The translations under genes were made by a program, and so were the position numbers. DNA of 64,000 nucleotides. It comes from Octopus vulgaris (taxonomy: Eukaryota). Below are positions 13,526 to 25,500 of the stretch, in pieces. Location: contig OX597829.1 of assembly GCA_951406725.2 (NCBI GenBank), forward strand, positions 24,366,001 through 24,430,000, written 5' to 3'. Numbering within the stretch: position 1 is the first letter of the stretch; every line of letters starts with the position of its first letter. The notes beneath the pieces are model-generated. The model saw only the letters and a program-made list of their open reading frames with translations, searched no databases and was not told where the DNA came from.

Positions 13526-14520
13526 ATGCAGTTTAATGTAGTCTATAGCTTACAGTGTACTGAGGGACAGTGCAGGAAAAGGATAACAACTTATATTGGG
13601 GAGACAGTACGTAACATAGGTGAGCAAATAGGTGAACACTGACAGGAGCTCAAAGAGGAGAAAAACTCATCAGTGCTCTACCAACATGCTCAAGTAGAAC
13701 ACAGAGGCTTGGTTAATAACATAGAGGTTAAGGTATTATCAACGCATAGAACAGACATAATACTTAGACAGATCACGAAGGCAATACATAGTAATAGACA
13801 GGCCAAGCCTCGACAGCAAACACAAATAGAACAATAACATCCACCATCACCACACCATACAACATGACAACTAAAGACAGAAGAGAAAAGAAAAAAAGAC
13901 TCAGATACAAACAATATAATACACACACAACAGACAAACATGTACATACTTATGATGAAATATAAGAAATACAGATAAGTAAACAAAAAAACTATGTAAA
14001 GGGCATGGATACAAACAACATAGTAAGTAAACCCATATACACGCATACAGAAACTGTACAAATGGTTGCAACAACATGACCGACAATAACAATAACAACC
14101 ATGATGGCAACAGTGTGAAGGAACACACAAACACAGAAAGATACAAGGGTCAAGAACAACAGCAGCATCAACAGAAGAGTAGGTGAGGGGTGGGTCAATG
14201 CACCAAATATTGGTAGCACCAAGAACAATGGCAATAACAGTAACAACTATACAAAGAGCACTGATACAAACACTATAGTAAGTAGACTCATATACACATA
14301 CAAAACAGATAGACAAAGCATACACACATACAGATACAGACACAAATGCATGTGCAGATAAGGATACACATCATAGAAAGACAGAACAGGAGAATACACG
14401 TGTATGGAAGAGTTTTTGAAGAGGTCACAGAGGCATGACAAAATATTTCCAGACAATGGAGATAAGATAAAATAAGAACATTAATAAACGACTGAATGAA
14501 TAATAAACGAAGTATATATG
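13526..14520 (+). mobile_element. Decayed Penelope-like element 3' end (GIY-YIG endonuclease relic + A/C-rich tail)
   Basis: Manual translation from 13526: MQFNVVYSLQCTEGQCRKRITTYIGETVRNIGEQIGEH*QELKEEKNSSVLYQHAQVEH...LRQITKAIH; VVY..C..C..YIGET..EH is the PLE GIY-YIG pattern. Confidence 0.8.
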
Positions 14521-15559
14521 GTACGTGTGTTTATTTGGCAAAAAAAAATTGCTAATCTGAAACATAACACACATACTACTAAGTGATTATTTACATAGAC
14601 TGTAACCAGAGCAAATATGTAAAATGTTGCTGCTCTCAAGGATTTGAAATTTATAATAAATCTGAATTTCTGTTTTTGTGACTATATGGATTTCAAGTTT
14701 TTAAGACTCAGCATCTGGTTGAGTGTATTTGGGGTCAGCCTAACCTCAGGAGTGTTTCTGTGCTTCTTTGGACCACTAGCCTTTGGTTCAAATTCAGTCC
14801 ATCCCATAAAATAAAACCTTTTGTTCTCTCAACCAGCAAAATGCAAACTGAACAAAACAACGGAAGTAGAAGTAAAGAAAACATACAAGCTGGATATCGG
14901 TTAGAAAATTATATCTAACCTTTTTCATACACACACACCTGAGACCACCTCTGGTTCTATGATACAAGCTTCAACCTTCCATCAAAATTTCACGTTATAT
15001 TTATATTCCAAACACTTGCTTAAAATCTGATAGTATTCCGATTAAATTGTGATATAATTCTTATTTATTGACATTGTTTTGAATTAGTCAGGCATCATCT
15101 TGTATCTTCAACAGCGATAATATGATTGTATGTTTTTAGAATGACATTGTAAGGTAGGTGTGAAAGACCCAATCTAGCTGGCTTGAACATAAAACTGGTA
15201 GAATATTTTGGCCATATTTAGCTGGTTTAAATGCTAAAGGGTTAACAATGGCAAATTTATTTTACTAAATTCTTCATTATTTTAAAAATTAATTGAAGCA
15301 AACACAGTATATTTCAACAGAAATATAGTAACAAAAGGGTTAAAGTAATCTGAATTCCATTAAAATTTCTTGACAAAAACTGAAATAGGCATAGGAGTGG
15401 CTGTGTGGTAAGTAGCTTGCTTACCAACCACATGGTTCTGGGTTCATTCCCACTGTGTGGAACCTTGGGCAAGTGTCTTTTACTATAGTCTCAGGCCGAC
15501 CAAAGCCTTGTGAGTGGATTTGGTAGATGGAAACTGAAAAAAAGCCTGTTGTATATATG

Positions 15560-15590
<31 letters not shown>

Positions 15591-16275
15591 CTGTGTTTGT
15601 GCCCCCAACATCGCTTGACAACCGATGCTGGTGTGTTTACGTTCCCGTAATGTAGCGGTTCGGCAAAAGATACCAATAGAATAAGTACTAGGCTTCTAGA
15701 GAATAAGTCCTGGGGTCGATTTGCTCAACTAAAGGCGGTGCTCCAGCATGGCTGCATTCAAATGACTGAAACAAGTAAAGAGTAATCCCATTATATACTT
15801 ATATGAGTGCTTTTGCCTCCTACCGCTGCTCAACAACTAATGTCGGTGTGTGCAATCCCTGTAACTTAGCAGTTAGGTAAGAGACACTAATAAAGTACCA
15901 AGCTTATAAAAATAAGTACTTGGGTCGATTCATTTGACTACAATTCTCCAAGGTTTTGTCCCAGCATGGCCCCAATCTAATGATAAAAGATAAAAATAAA
16001 GATTTATAGATGTTATGTTTTTTTTATATAGATCCTTCAATTTTCCAATCTTGCTTCAGACTGAAGGCCTAATAGCCCTTTGCATGGGATGTACTAAAAG
16101 GCTATCCAGAGTATTACATGTCTATTTATCATCAACATTATACTCCAACATGGTTGAACAACAAGTCCCAACCAACTGAGATTCATAGTACAGGCTGTAC
16201 TATTCATCCTGTTGGTTGCTGAATGCAAAACATGGATTGCAAGACCTACACTTCGGTGATTTTCCTGAGATACTT

Positions 16276-16497
16276 ATTTCTTTATTGCCCACAAGGGGGC
16301 TAAACACAGAGAGGACAAACAAATGGATTAAGTCGATTATATCGACCCCAGTGCGTAACTGGTACTTAATTTATTGACCCCGAAAGGATGAAAGGCAAAG
16401 TTGACCTCGGCAGAATTTGAACTCAGAATGTAATGGCAGACGAAATACCACTAGGCATTTCGCCCAGCGTGCTAATGTTTCTGCTAACTTGCTGCTG
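16276..16497 (-). mobile_element. tRNA-derived SINE family 3 (degenerate copies ~80-280, 56632-56817)
   Basis: Shared block ctggtacttaatttattgaccccgaaaggatgaaaggcaaagttgacctcggcagaatttgaactc. Confidence 0.75.
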
Positions 16498-17769
16498 ATT
16501 TTCCTGAGATACCCTTGTATACCAATACATCACAAGATGACAACAATGTAAAATGAAGTGTTTTGTTCAAGAATACAATGCATAACCAATTGGGGAATCA
16601 AAACTATGATCTCATAATGACAAGTGCAACACCTTAACCACCGGGCCATGAGCCTTCACTACTACATACAACCACCACTACAGCTTTTTGGCCAATCAAT
16701 AAATAAAAATTCACAGGAAATGAAAAACATAACTTGTTTGATAGCAATGTATGTTTACAAACACATGCTGTCAGGACAAAGGCATTAACACATACATATA
16801 TACAACAGATTTCTTTCAAAATCCACTGACAAAGCTTTGGTTGCCTGGGGCCATAGTTGAAAACTTTTGACCAAGCTGCCACACAGTGGAACTGAATCTG
16901 AGATGTTGCTTGGGAAACAAACTTCATAATCACGTTGCCAAATGGAGTTTGAGATCAACATGCCCATGTAGGTTGGATTTTTCCGATTCTTTTTTTTCAC
17001 CACAGTCTTCAAAATGATGTCGGCAGGTATCTTTTTATGAAAAAATTGTTTTGAAAACTTTCACTTCACCATCTCACTCTGGACCGATTTTGACACTATG
17101 CACTTAAAAAAAAACCATGTGAGAAGCCTTTTCAGTAAAAAAAATTTCCGAGTATAAGACATGTAATTCAAGGGAGATTTGGCAGTTGTTTCAATACATC
17201 CCAAGACCATCCTCCTTGCTTACTCTTTTACTTGTTTCAGTCATTTGACTGCGGCCATGCTGGAGCACCGCCTTTAATCGAGCAACTTGACCCCGGGACT
17301 TATTCTTTTGTAAGCCCAGCACTTATTCTATCGGTCTCTTCTGCTGAACCGCTAAGTAACGGGGACATGAACATACCAGCATCGGTTGTCAAGCAATGCT
17401 AGGGGGACAAACACACATATATATATATATATACGACAGGCTTCTTTCAGTTTCCGTCTACCAAATCCACTCACAAGGCTTTGGTCGGCCCGAGGCTATA
17501 GTAGAAGACACTTGCCCAAGGTGCCACACAGTAGGACTGAACCCGGAACCATGTGGTTGGTAAACAAGCTACTTACCACACAGCCACTCCTGCGCATCTT
17601 TATCATTCTCACAAGTATCGATATTCTTTCAATATTTTTCTGCACATAAACACATTTTATGGAATGATGATGCTGGAATAACACGTGCATGATCCATTAC
17701 TGGGATATAAGCAAAAAAGAAATAAATGGTAATTAAAATTTTTAACCCACCCCACTTCAACCAGTCAGT

Positions 17770-18280
17770 ATAAATCTAAATAGAGGTTTAAGGATGGCAT
17801 AAGGACTAACATGAAGTCACTCGGAATGGATCCAAAGGCCATAGAAACCCTTGCTTTGGATCAAACTGGATAGCAAAAATTAAAAAAAAGTGTTTGAGGA
17901 AGCCAAGGTAATGCATGCAAGACTCAAGAGAAAATTAAAGAAGAATGTTGCAGTTGAGGTGAATTTCAGTGACCTTTTTGTGTGTCGTTTGTGATAGACA
18001 ATGTCTTTCTTTTGTGGGACTCAAATCTCATTTAAGGACCCATGAAAAACGTATCTCCACCAACTATTCTGCCTATTTATCTGTGCACACCTTTCAATGC
18101 TGTGTATGTCATGAGGTTTGCAATTTTAATAGAGGCTTCAAAAGACATTTTAAGATACACAAAGATCAGAACTTAACCGCATATCTTGGTCCAAATAAGA
18201 TATGCAATCTATGTGGGTGTCTTTTCAATGCATTGTCTTGTTTAAAAAGGTACAAGAGTGGTCAGACTTTGCAGACAACC
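17770..18280 (+). mobile_element. Decayed RTE-type LINE C-terminus with C2H2 zinc fingers
   Basis: RFKDGIRTNMKSLGMD..IETLALDQTG (RTE C-terminal pattern), then CVVC..SHLRTH, CCVC..RHFKIH and a broken CNLC finger. Confidence 0.65.
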
Positions 18281-18301
18281 ACCATATATATATGAATATA
18301 T

Positions 18302-18650
18302 ATCATCATCATTTAACGTCCGCTTTCCATGCTAGCATGGGTTGGACGGTTCAACTGGGGTCTAGGGAGCCCGAAAGCTGCACCAGGCCAGTCAGATCTG
18401 GCAGTGTTTCTACAGCTGGATGCCCTTCCTAACGCCAACCACTCCGAGAGTGTAGCGGGTGATTTTATGTGCCACCGACACAGGTGCCAGACGAGGCTGG
18501 CGAACGGCCACGCTCGGATGGTGTTTGTTACGTGCCCACAGCACGGAGGCCAGTCGATGCGGTACTGGCTACGGCCACGTTCGGATGGTTTTCTTATGTG
18601 CCACCGGCACCACAAAGATACAGATTCCATTGATGTTCATCTATTTTGAT
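18302..18650 (-). mobile_element. RTE 3'UTR short copy (others at ~6288-6378 -, 29257-29472 +, 31747-31957 +)
   Basis: Shared ggagtggttggcgttaggaagggcatccagctgtagaaac...catggaaaacggacg(t/c)taaa(tga)n block. Confidence 0.85.
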
Positions 18651-19029
18651 GTATGTGTGCGTATTTCATGTATGTATATATACTAGCTGGACCCATGAAA
18701 ACTTCATGGAAAATATAAAAAATGTGAGCATCTATAAATTGTGTGCTGATACCATGAGAAAAGTTTCTATATTCTGACACTTACAGTAATATCCAATATT
18801 GGCTGAGGACCCAGTATATAGAATACAGTAATTAATTATATTATTTATATTGTAGGAAAATAAAAGTAACATCCAATATTTGCTGTGGTTATGTATGTAT
18901 CTACTCTGAAAATACTGATAAACATTTAAAAACACAAAGCCAACACCACCTTCCTTTCAGTCACCACTCACTCTATCCCTCCTCTCTCACGTTACCACTC
19001 ACTTCAAGTATACCTCCTCTGCTTAACAC

Positions 19030-20345
19030 TTTTTATTATTTTTCTTTCTACTTCTCCCATCAAGTGTAGAAAAGTAACATCTACAGCTACTTGCTGAGAG
19101 TATTTCTTTATTCACCATAAGATTGAGAAAAAGAGGGGACAATACGGGGACAGACAAAACAAACGTTGGGGTCAGGGTATCGAATGAGATGAAACATATG
19201 AATAAACAATTAAAATATATACAATTAAATGAGAATGAGTGAATAACAAAAAATGAAGTGGAGGACGCGGTTGACCCCACAAACCACATACTCACACTGA
19301 AGACTTTGCTTTCTCCTTTTTTATATTCTCGATTAAACAGGTTCTTTCACTCGTAACATACTTGCTATATACTTCCATCTTTTACGAAACACACTTTGCG
19401 ACAGGCATTTCTTCTCCAGCCTTATTTTCCATTTCATGTGGAAAACGAAAAAGTCGATTAGCTCGAGACTGGAAATAAACATGCCTGTTGCAATTCATTT
19501 TACTCTTGTCTTCCATACTACTTCTTTCGCCATTGCAACTACCGAGAGAAAACAGGTCAGCGGAACGATCTTAATTACAGATTTGCTCGACAGTTGTACT
19601 CTTCTCGAATGCGACAGCAGGTGTTCGACATAAGCCCAGAGTTCAGTCAGCTTGGGGCATTGCACAAACCAGCAATGGTGCACACCCATGTCTAAAGAGT
19701 TTATCTTGAACCGGTATCCATAGGCCCCGGACCGAATGTTCTTTGGAACAGGCTGGCCAGTTGATCTTCGTTGAAGCCTAGGGTTTCTCCCAGGACGTCG
19801 TCACACTTAAAACTCTATTAACCCTCTATAGAATGAGGTAGTACCCCTGCCCGACTGGGAGAGAAGCACGAGTGCCTGATGGCACTCTACATGCCACATG
19901 TCCAACCTCGGTCTACACTTGATCCATGGGTTCAGTTTGGTAAACGATGTGAACTGTGGAAATAACAGTCTGACGAACAGAGACCACACCTGCTCACTGT
20001 ACAGGTAAAGCCAGAGGTGCCTAAGCCTGAGCGCATTTTTAGCCACGGCATCCCTAACCCACCCTTCAGCAGCAAAGAGTGCCTTACAAGAGGTCTGTTG
20101 CACCTCCACAAAAAGCGAAAGAGCATGTGTTCCAGCTGGTTCAGCCACGAATCGGGACAAAGCACGACGGTCAGGCGGTAAACACCTCTTCCCTCCCTTT
20201 CAAGGACAGCTTCCGCTCAGACCATGTCTGAGTTAGGAGAGCCACCTCGCTCCAATTCTTCTCTATCTGGAGATCTGGACCTAACCAGATTCCAAGCATT
20301 TTCACCGGCCGTACTTGCCCCTCCAGGTGCCGAGTTGCAAGCCGA
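19030..20345 (-). mobile_element. Decayed L1/Tx1-clade LINE 3' fragment
   Basis: Fragmentary peptides LGIWLGPDLQIEKNWSEVA, WSERKLSLKGR, FRFLW, GGLGMP, FVQCPKLTELW, AKEVVWKTR; boundaries approximate. Confidence 0.75.
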
Positions 20346-22303
20346 CCGATTTATTGAGAGGCTGCTGTTAGGACTGGATTAACACCCATAGTGACCCTAA
20401 TGACTAAAAAGATTTTCCATCTCCTCTATTGGATCTTTTTCCAACCACTTGAGGGTTTATCTTGCTCCAATCCACTCAGCCGGCCAAAATGAGTTGTAGC
20501 TGTAATTCAAAGGGGCTGGCCTTGTCATCATGTGAGGCTAAATCTTCCTAAGAACTATGTTAACGGTAAGCATTTCTGTGGTGTACTCAGCCACTTGTGC
20601 ATTAATTTTATCCCAGTGTGGTAATGAAAAGTGAAAGTGACATCCAATATTTGCTGCAGTTATTTGTCTTCGTTTTACCAATGTGTCTATGTATTTACTT
20701 TTCTTTTGATGTATGTCTACTCTGAAAATACTGATTAACATTTTTATTCCCTTCCTTTTCGTCACCACTTACTCTCTCTTTGTACCTCTCCCTCCAACCT
20801 TTCTACCGATTTCTTCCTTTGAAGTGTGACACAAACCACAGGTACGTACAAAAACAAAACTAAGCATATCAATATAACTGAATATATATATATATATATA
20901 CATACAAACGTGAAAACTAGATCAAAAAATTAAAAAACTATTTTCCTTTCTTTCAAAACAGATGCCAGTTTTATTCCAACATTTAGTCTTTCAATATGTG
21001 CATGTACAACTAGAGCCCTCTAGCTGTAGAAGTCTCAACACCAGTTTAGTTTCTTCCTAATAGCAATTCTATTATCAGAGTGAATGGCATCACTATTGGT
21101 TGTACAGCTGAAGTAAAATAGGTGGAAGAGGCATACATCAGTCCAGATGTTCAAATACTGACATAGCAACAAGCAAATTCTTGTTAACTTGGAGGAATTC
21201 AGCCCATACAAAGCAGATTAGAAAGAGAATCAACATATGTGATCCACAGTAGTTTTCAAGACAGTTGAAACTAATTTTATATAAACAATTAGCTGTTTGG
21301 TTGTCTGATTGACTTAAATAAATTAGAAAAAAAAAAGACTACAAAGCTGAAATATATTAAGTTAAAATAAAAAAAACTTATAGCAAAGACAAAATTTCAA
21401 CAGTCCAGGTGTATTTTTTATCAAATTAAAAAACAACAATTTTCACATTAAAGTCTATTTTTATTCACATTAAATCTATCATTTTTTTATAACATTCAAC
21501 TTTATTAACTGAAAACAAATAGAATGATATATAAAGATATTTAGTCATCTTAACCATGCTGCCATGAAGCATTGAAGTCTTTTAACTGAACTGGGAAGGG
21601 GAAGGAAGGGAATAATGAAATGTTTTATTTAAATAACTGAAAAATAAATAAGTTTTTTTGTAAATCATGAAAGGGCAGACAGAATGTCCATCAAAGGGCA
21701 AGGGAGGTAGGGGAATGTTTTGTTCACATTTTCAATGTTCTATTCCTTATTATTTATATCAGGAAATATTGACTACACAGCCATGCATTCCAACCTTGTG
21801 ACTTCAACTAAAGACCTGTACATTAGTTGTTAGCTAGGTTTAATAATGAAGACATGCATGGGCCTGTTGCCTCTTACTGTGTTTTGTTTTGTCATAGAGT
21901 TGGTCAGGTAAATGTTTCAAGAGCAGGTGTAAATAAGGGAGGAGGGTGATGGTAGAGGAAGAACAAGGTTTAAACCTCACCCAAACATTCAAAACCTCCA
22001 ATTTTCATAGAGAAAGAAAAAAAAAAAATCATGTCAAACAACTATTTATTATTTGAACAAGACAAAGGTGGTAAATTAATAGACAAAGGCAGTGGATTAA
22101 CAGGACATTAAGAGCAGTGACAAAATGTTTGGCAACATCTAGTCAGTTAAACATCTTGTTAAAGTCAATAAAATTGACTGTTTCCTCCTGCCAAAATTTC
22201 TCCGGCCTTGTGCCTCTTTAAGACATTAATTTAACAAGACAGGAACAGAAGATGATAGTCGTGGTGGTGGTGGTGGTGGTTGTTGTGGGTGGGGGAAGAA
22301 CCT

Positions 22304-22570
22304 TCAGTCAGAATCCACAAATTCTCCTGATTCAATACTATCCAAGTCATCACTTTCTTCACTAGCATCATGGCTGTCATCATCCATGAGATCTCCAGTG
22401 AGGGCAACTCTGGCGTAATCGTCAGTGTCGATAGATTTGCAGAAATGGATGGCATATTTTAATTTTTCCTTTAATATATCTTGAGACGAATATCTTGGCA
22501 TTTTTAAGAGGAAAAAACAGGTGTAGCTTTCTGGGAGAAAATGGTCAGGTGGGTTATACTTGTCTAAGAC
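22304..22570 (-). CDS. HERC2: HERC2 last coding exon ([20 protein letters not shown]...DSD*), contains HECT catalytic Cys
   Basis: caacag acceptor, TGA stop at 22304-22306, acidic tail as in HERC2. Confidence 0.96.
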   Translation of the reverse strand, partial: VLDKYNPPDHFLPESYTCFFLLKMPRYSSQDILKEKLKYAIHFCKSIDTDDYARVALTGDLMDDDSHDASEESDDLDSIESGEFVDSD

Positions 22571-25500
22571 CTGTTGGAAAAAAAAAACAAAAAACAAAAA
22601 AAATGCTAAGCACTTCTTATGAAGACTTATTTTCATACATAATAAAGCTGTTTGATAATTTTCTTAAATACTCTACTACTACTTAGTTTAGTCCTAACTC
22701 TACCAACAATGTATCAACATTAAGAACCAGTCTTTTTATTTTGGATGTGACAAAAAATAAGTCCTTCATGAGAAACATGTCTCTAATTTAACTTTTTGGT
22801 AATATTTACCCTTTTAGCATTCAGATTATTGTCAAATGTAATGTTTACTTATTCATACTGTTTTGAATTAATTATGCACTATTTTCAATGACTCAATTAT
22901 TTATTTTCACAATGACATTGTACAGTAGATGTGAGAGTTCAGTTCTGGCTGATCTAAACATAGAACAGAAGACATGGGTGTGATACGGCTGATTTAAGTG
23001 CTAAAGGGTTAAGCCAGCAAAGTTAAGGTTTTCAGTTTCAAACTAACCACTAGCTTTGTGCATTAACTGAATTTCACAGGTTTATCTCTTCATAAAATAA
23101 CCACATGAACATTAATAAGTACTGATTAAAAAGTCATCACTGAAGTATCTTTTAAAAATATCTCAATATAAAAATTACCTGTAAAACAAAGTCTCTTCCT
23201 CTGAAATCAGCAATAGTTCGTGGTAATCGCGTTCGGCCCCAAACAAATCGCAAAAACAAGGACCTCTCAGTGTTAGTAAATTCTTCCATTACTGCCCAGA
23301 ACCACTGTATTAGAGGTGCAGTAGCATCTATACCTTTATATGTGGCCACTGATTTCAGCAGAGTCAACGGTATATCAGGACTGCCACACACCTATTTAAG
23401 AATTTAAATTATACAACAACAACAACAAACTGGAGTTCTTGGCAAAATCAAGAACTGCAATAACAATAACATTAAACTGATAAAAGATATAATTCGTATC
23501 TAAGCAATCAACATCAATATACAACATTAATCTCAGAAAATAACAATGAATTATAACTGGTATTTAAATAATCAACATCAATATGTAACATTAATTTCAG
23601 AAAGTAACAATGATTTTAACAGGTATTTAAGCAATTATCAATATACAACAATGTTAATTCTGGTTTGATTTTAACACAAATGGGAAAGACCAAACTAGAG
23701 ATTTTGGGAGCATCTAGTCTAGCATCTCCACCAAATGTGCCAATGTCACTACACTTTAAACACACAAAGTGTTAATTAAGTGTGAAAATGAACATTAATG
23801 AAGAGTTAATAAATATAAATTGCCTGACAACATAAACATCTTTGCTAACATTTAAGGTGTATAAAAACTAATTTTGAAAAAAAAACAAAAAAACAACAAA
23901 AAACAAGCTTGATATAAACACTAGTACATTTGAAATTTTAAAAAATACAGATTATGAATAGATTGAGTTAATGTTGGCTTCCAACAACAACAACAACAAA
24001 AAAATCATTTAGAACATTCAAACAATAGCTACAAATATTTTTTTTTTTCCTTCCTAGTAATGTTAGTGTGCAGTGCATTACTACAGAAGGTGGCCTTCAA
24101 ATTGGAATGGCATTACCTAATCCCTCTTTGAAAAAGACTGCCTTTGTTTTAATTAATTTAGAAATTGAAGAATTAAATAAAAATAACTGTCAGTATTAAG
24201 TTGGTGTTTGGAACATAAGGAATATGAATGGACGGTCTTAATTTAGATTGCTTTAGAAGTTTCTTTCATAAGCCAAAATCTAAGGCAGTTTGATATCAAA
24301 AGGGTTAACAAATATGGAATAATTTCAGCATGAAAATTAACAACAATATTATTATTCAGCTATAATCCAGTCAAAAATATTACAATTTAAAATAAAAACA
24401 TAATTCAAATAAAATTTTCCATTCAAACAGTGGTTATATTGGAATTTTATATTAAAATCATGGTTAATCTAGGAAACACCCTGAAAGTTCTATAGTGATA
24501 TTATAAAAATTAAACAAATTGTCTTTGGAGATGCCATCACATTTGGTGTGCTACTATCACTAATGACTCACATAATGCAAGCTGCCACATCACATCCATA
24601 CTCATAGAAGCTGTTTAACAGAATAATTGCTATTTCAGCTAATAACTAGTTGATTGTAAACAAATAGAATAAGCAGAGTAACAAGCCATAATACAATGAG
24701 AGACAGTAAGACCCTAAATCATTAACCAAGGTTATAATTAAGAGACAAGAATTCTAATTGTCAGAACTACAACCAGAGCTACTTTCATGGAATTATAGCA
24801 AGAATTAAATTCTTGCTATAATTCCATGAAAGTAGTGCTTCTAAGCGCTACTCTAGATTTTAGTAATAAACTAATTTCAAGAATTAACAAATGAGTAGCA
24901 CCTACAAGAATCTTCTCAAAATTCTTAATCAGCTTATGTTTCCCAAAGCTATGACCAGGAATGATTTAGTGTAGCAGCATCATCACATCATTGTATTGTA
25001 TCTCTGTTATATTGCAATATCAAACAACACTAATACCTATCTGGTTAAAGACAAACAATACATAACTGAATAAAATATTAATGTAACCTAAAATGATAAC
25101 TTTCTCACAAATTATCTATAAAACCCATATGCATATTTACACACACAGTGGGTTAATACATATTTTTTACTCTTAATCCTTTCTCTCCAAGAGTGTAGGC
25201 TTGAAACATAAAAGACTTTTCTATTCTTCCCGAGCATTAAACTAATATACCAGCTTAAACTATATAAATACACACACACACACATATATATATTCAATCA
25301 TTCACTTAATACTGTACTTGAGAATAACTGAATGAAGACACATTAGCGTTAATGAAAATTTATGTCAAATAATGACCAGAAAGAATTATCCAAATTAAAA
25401 TTGACCAAAACTTAGCTGGAGAGATGCAAGCAACATGTGGAATAAACTAGATCTCTGGTCGCTATGATAACAACTCTAAAACAGATAAGAACTTCTCAGT

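Noticed and set aside
13690-14456. Long hydrophobic minus-strand ORFs (217 aa etc.)
   Set aside because: Antisense read-through of the A/C-rich tail of the Penelope-like relic.
20900-22303. HERC2 polyadenylation site
   Set aside because: Several minus-strand AATAAA hexamers occur in AT-rich sequence; the real one cannot be chosen without transcript data.
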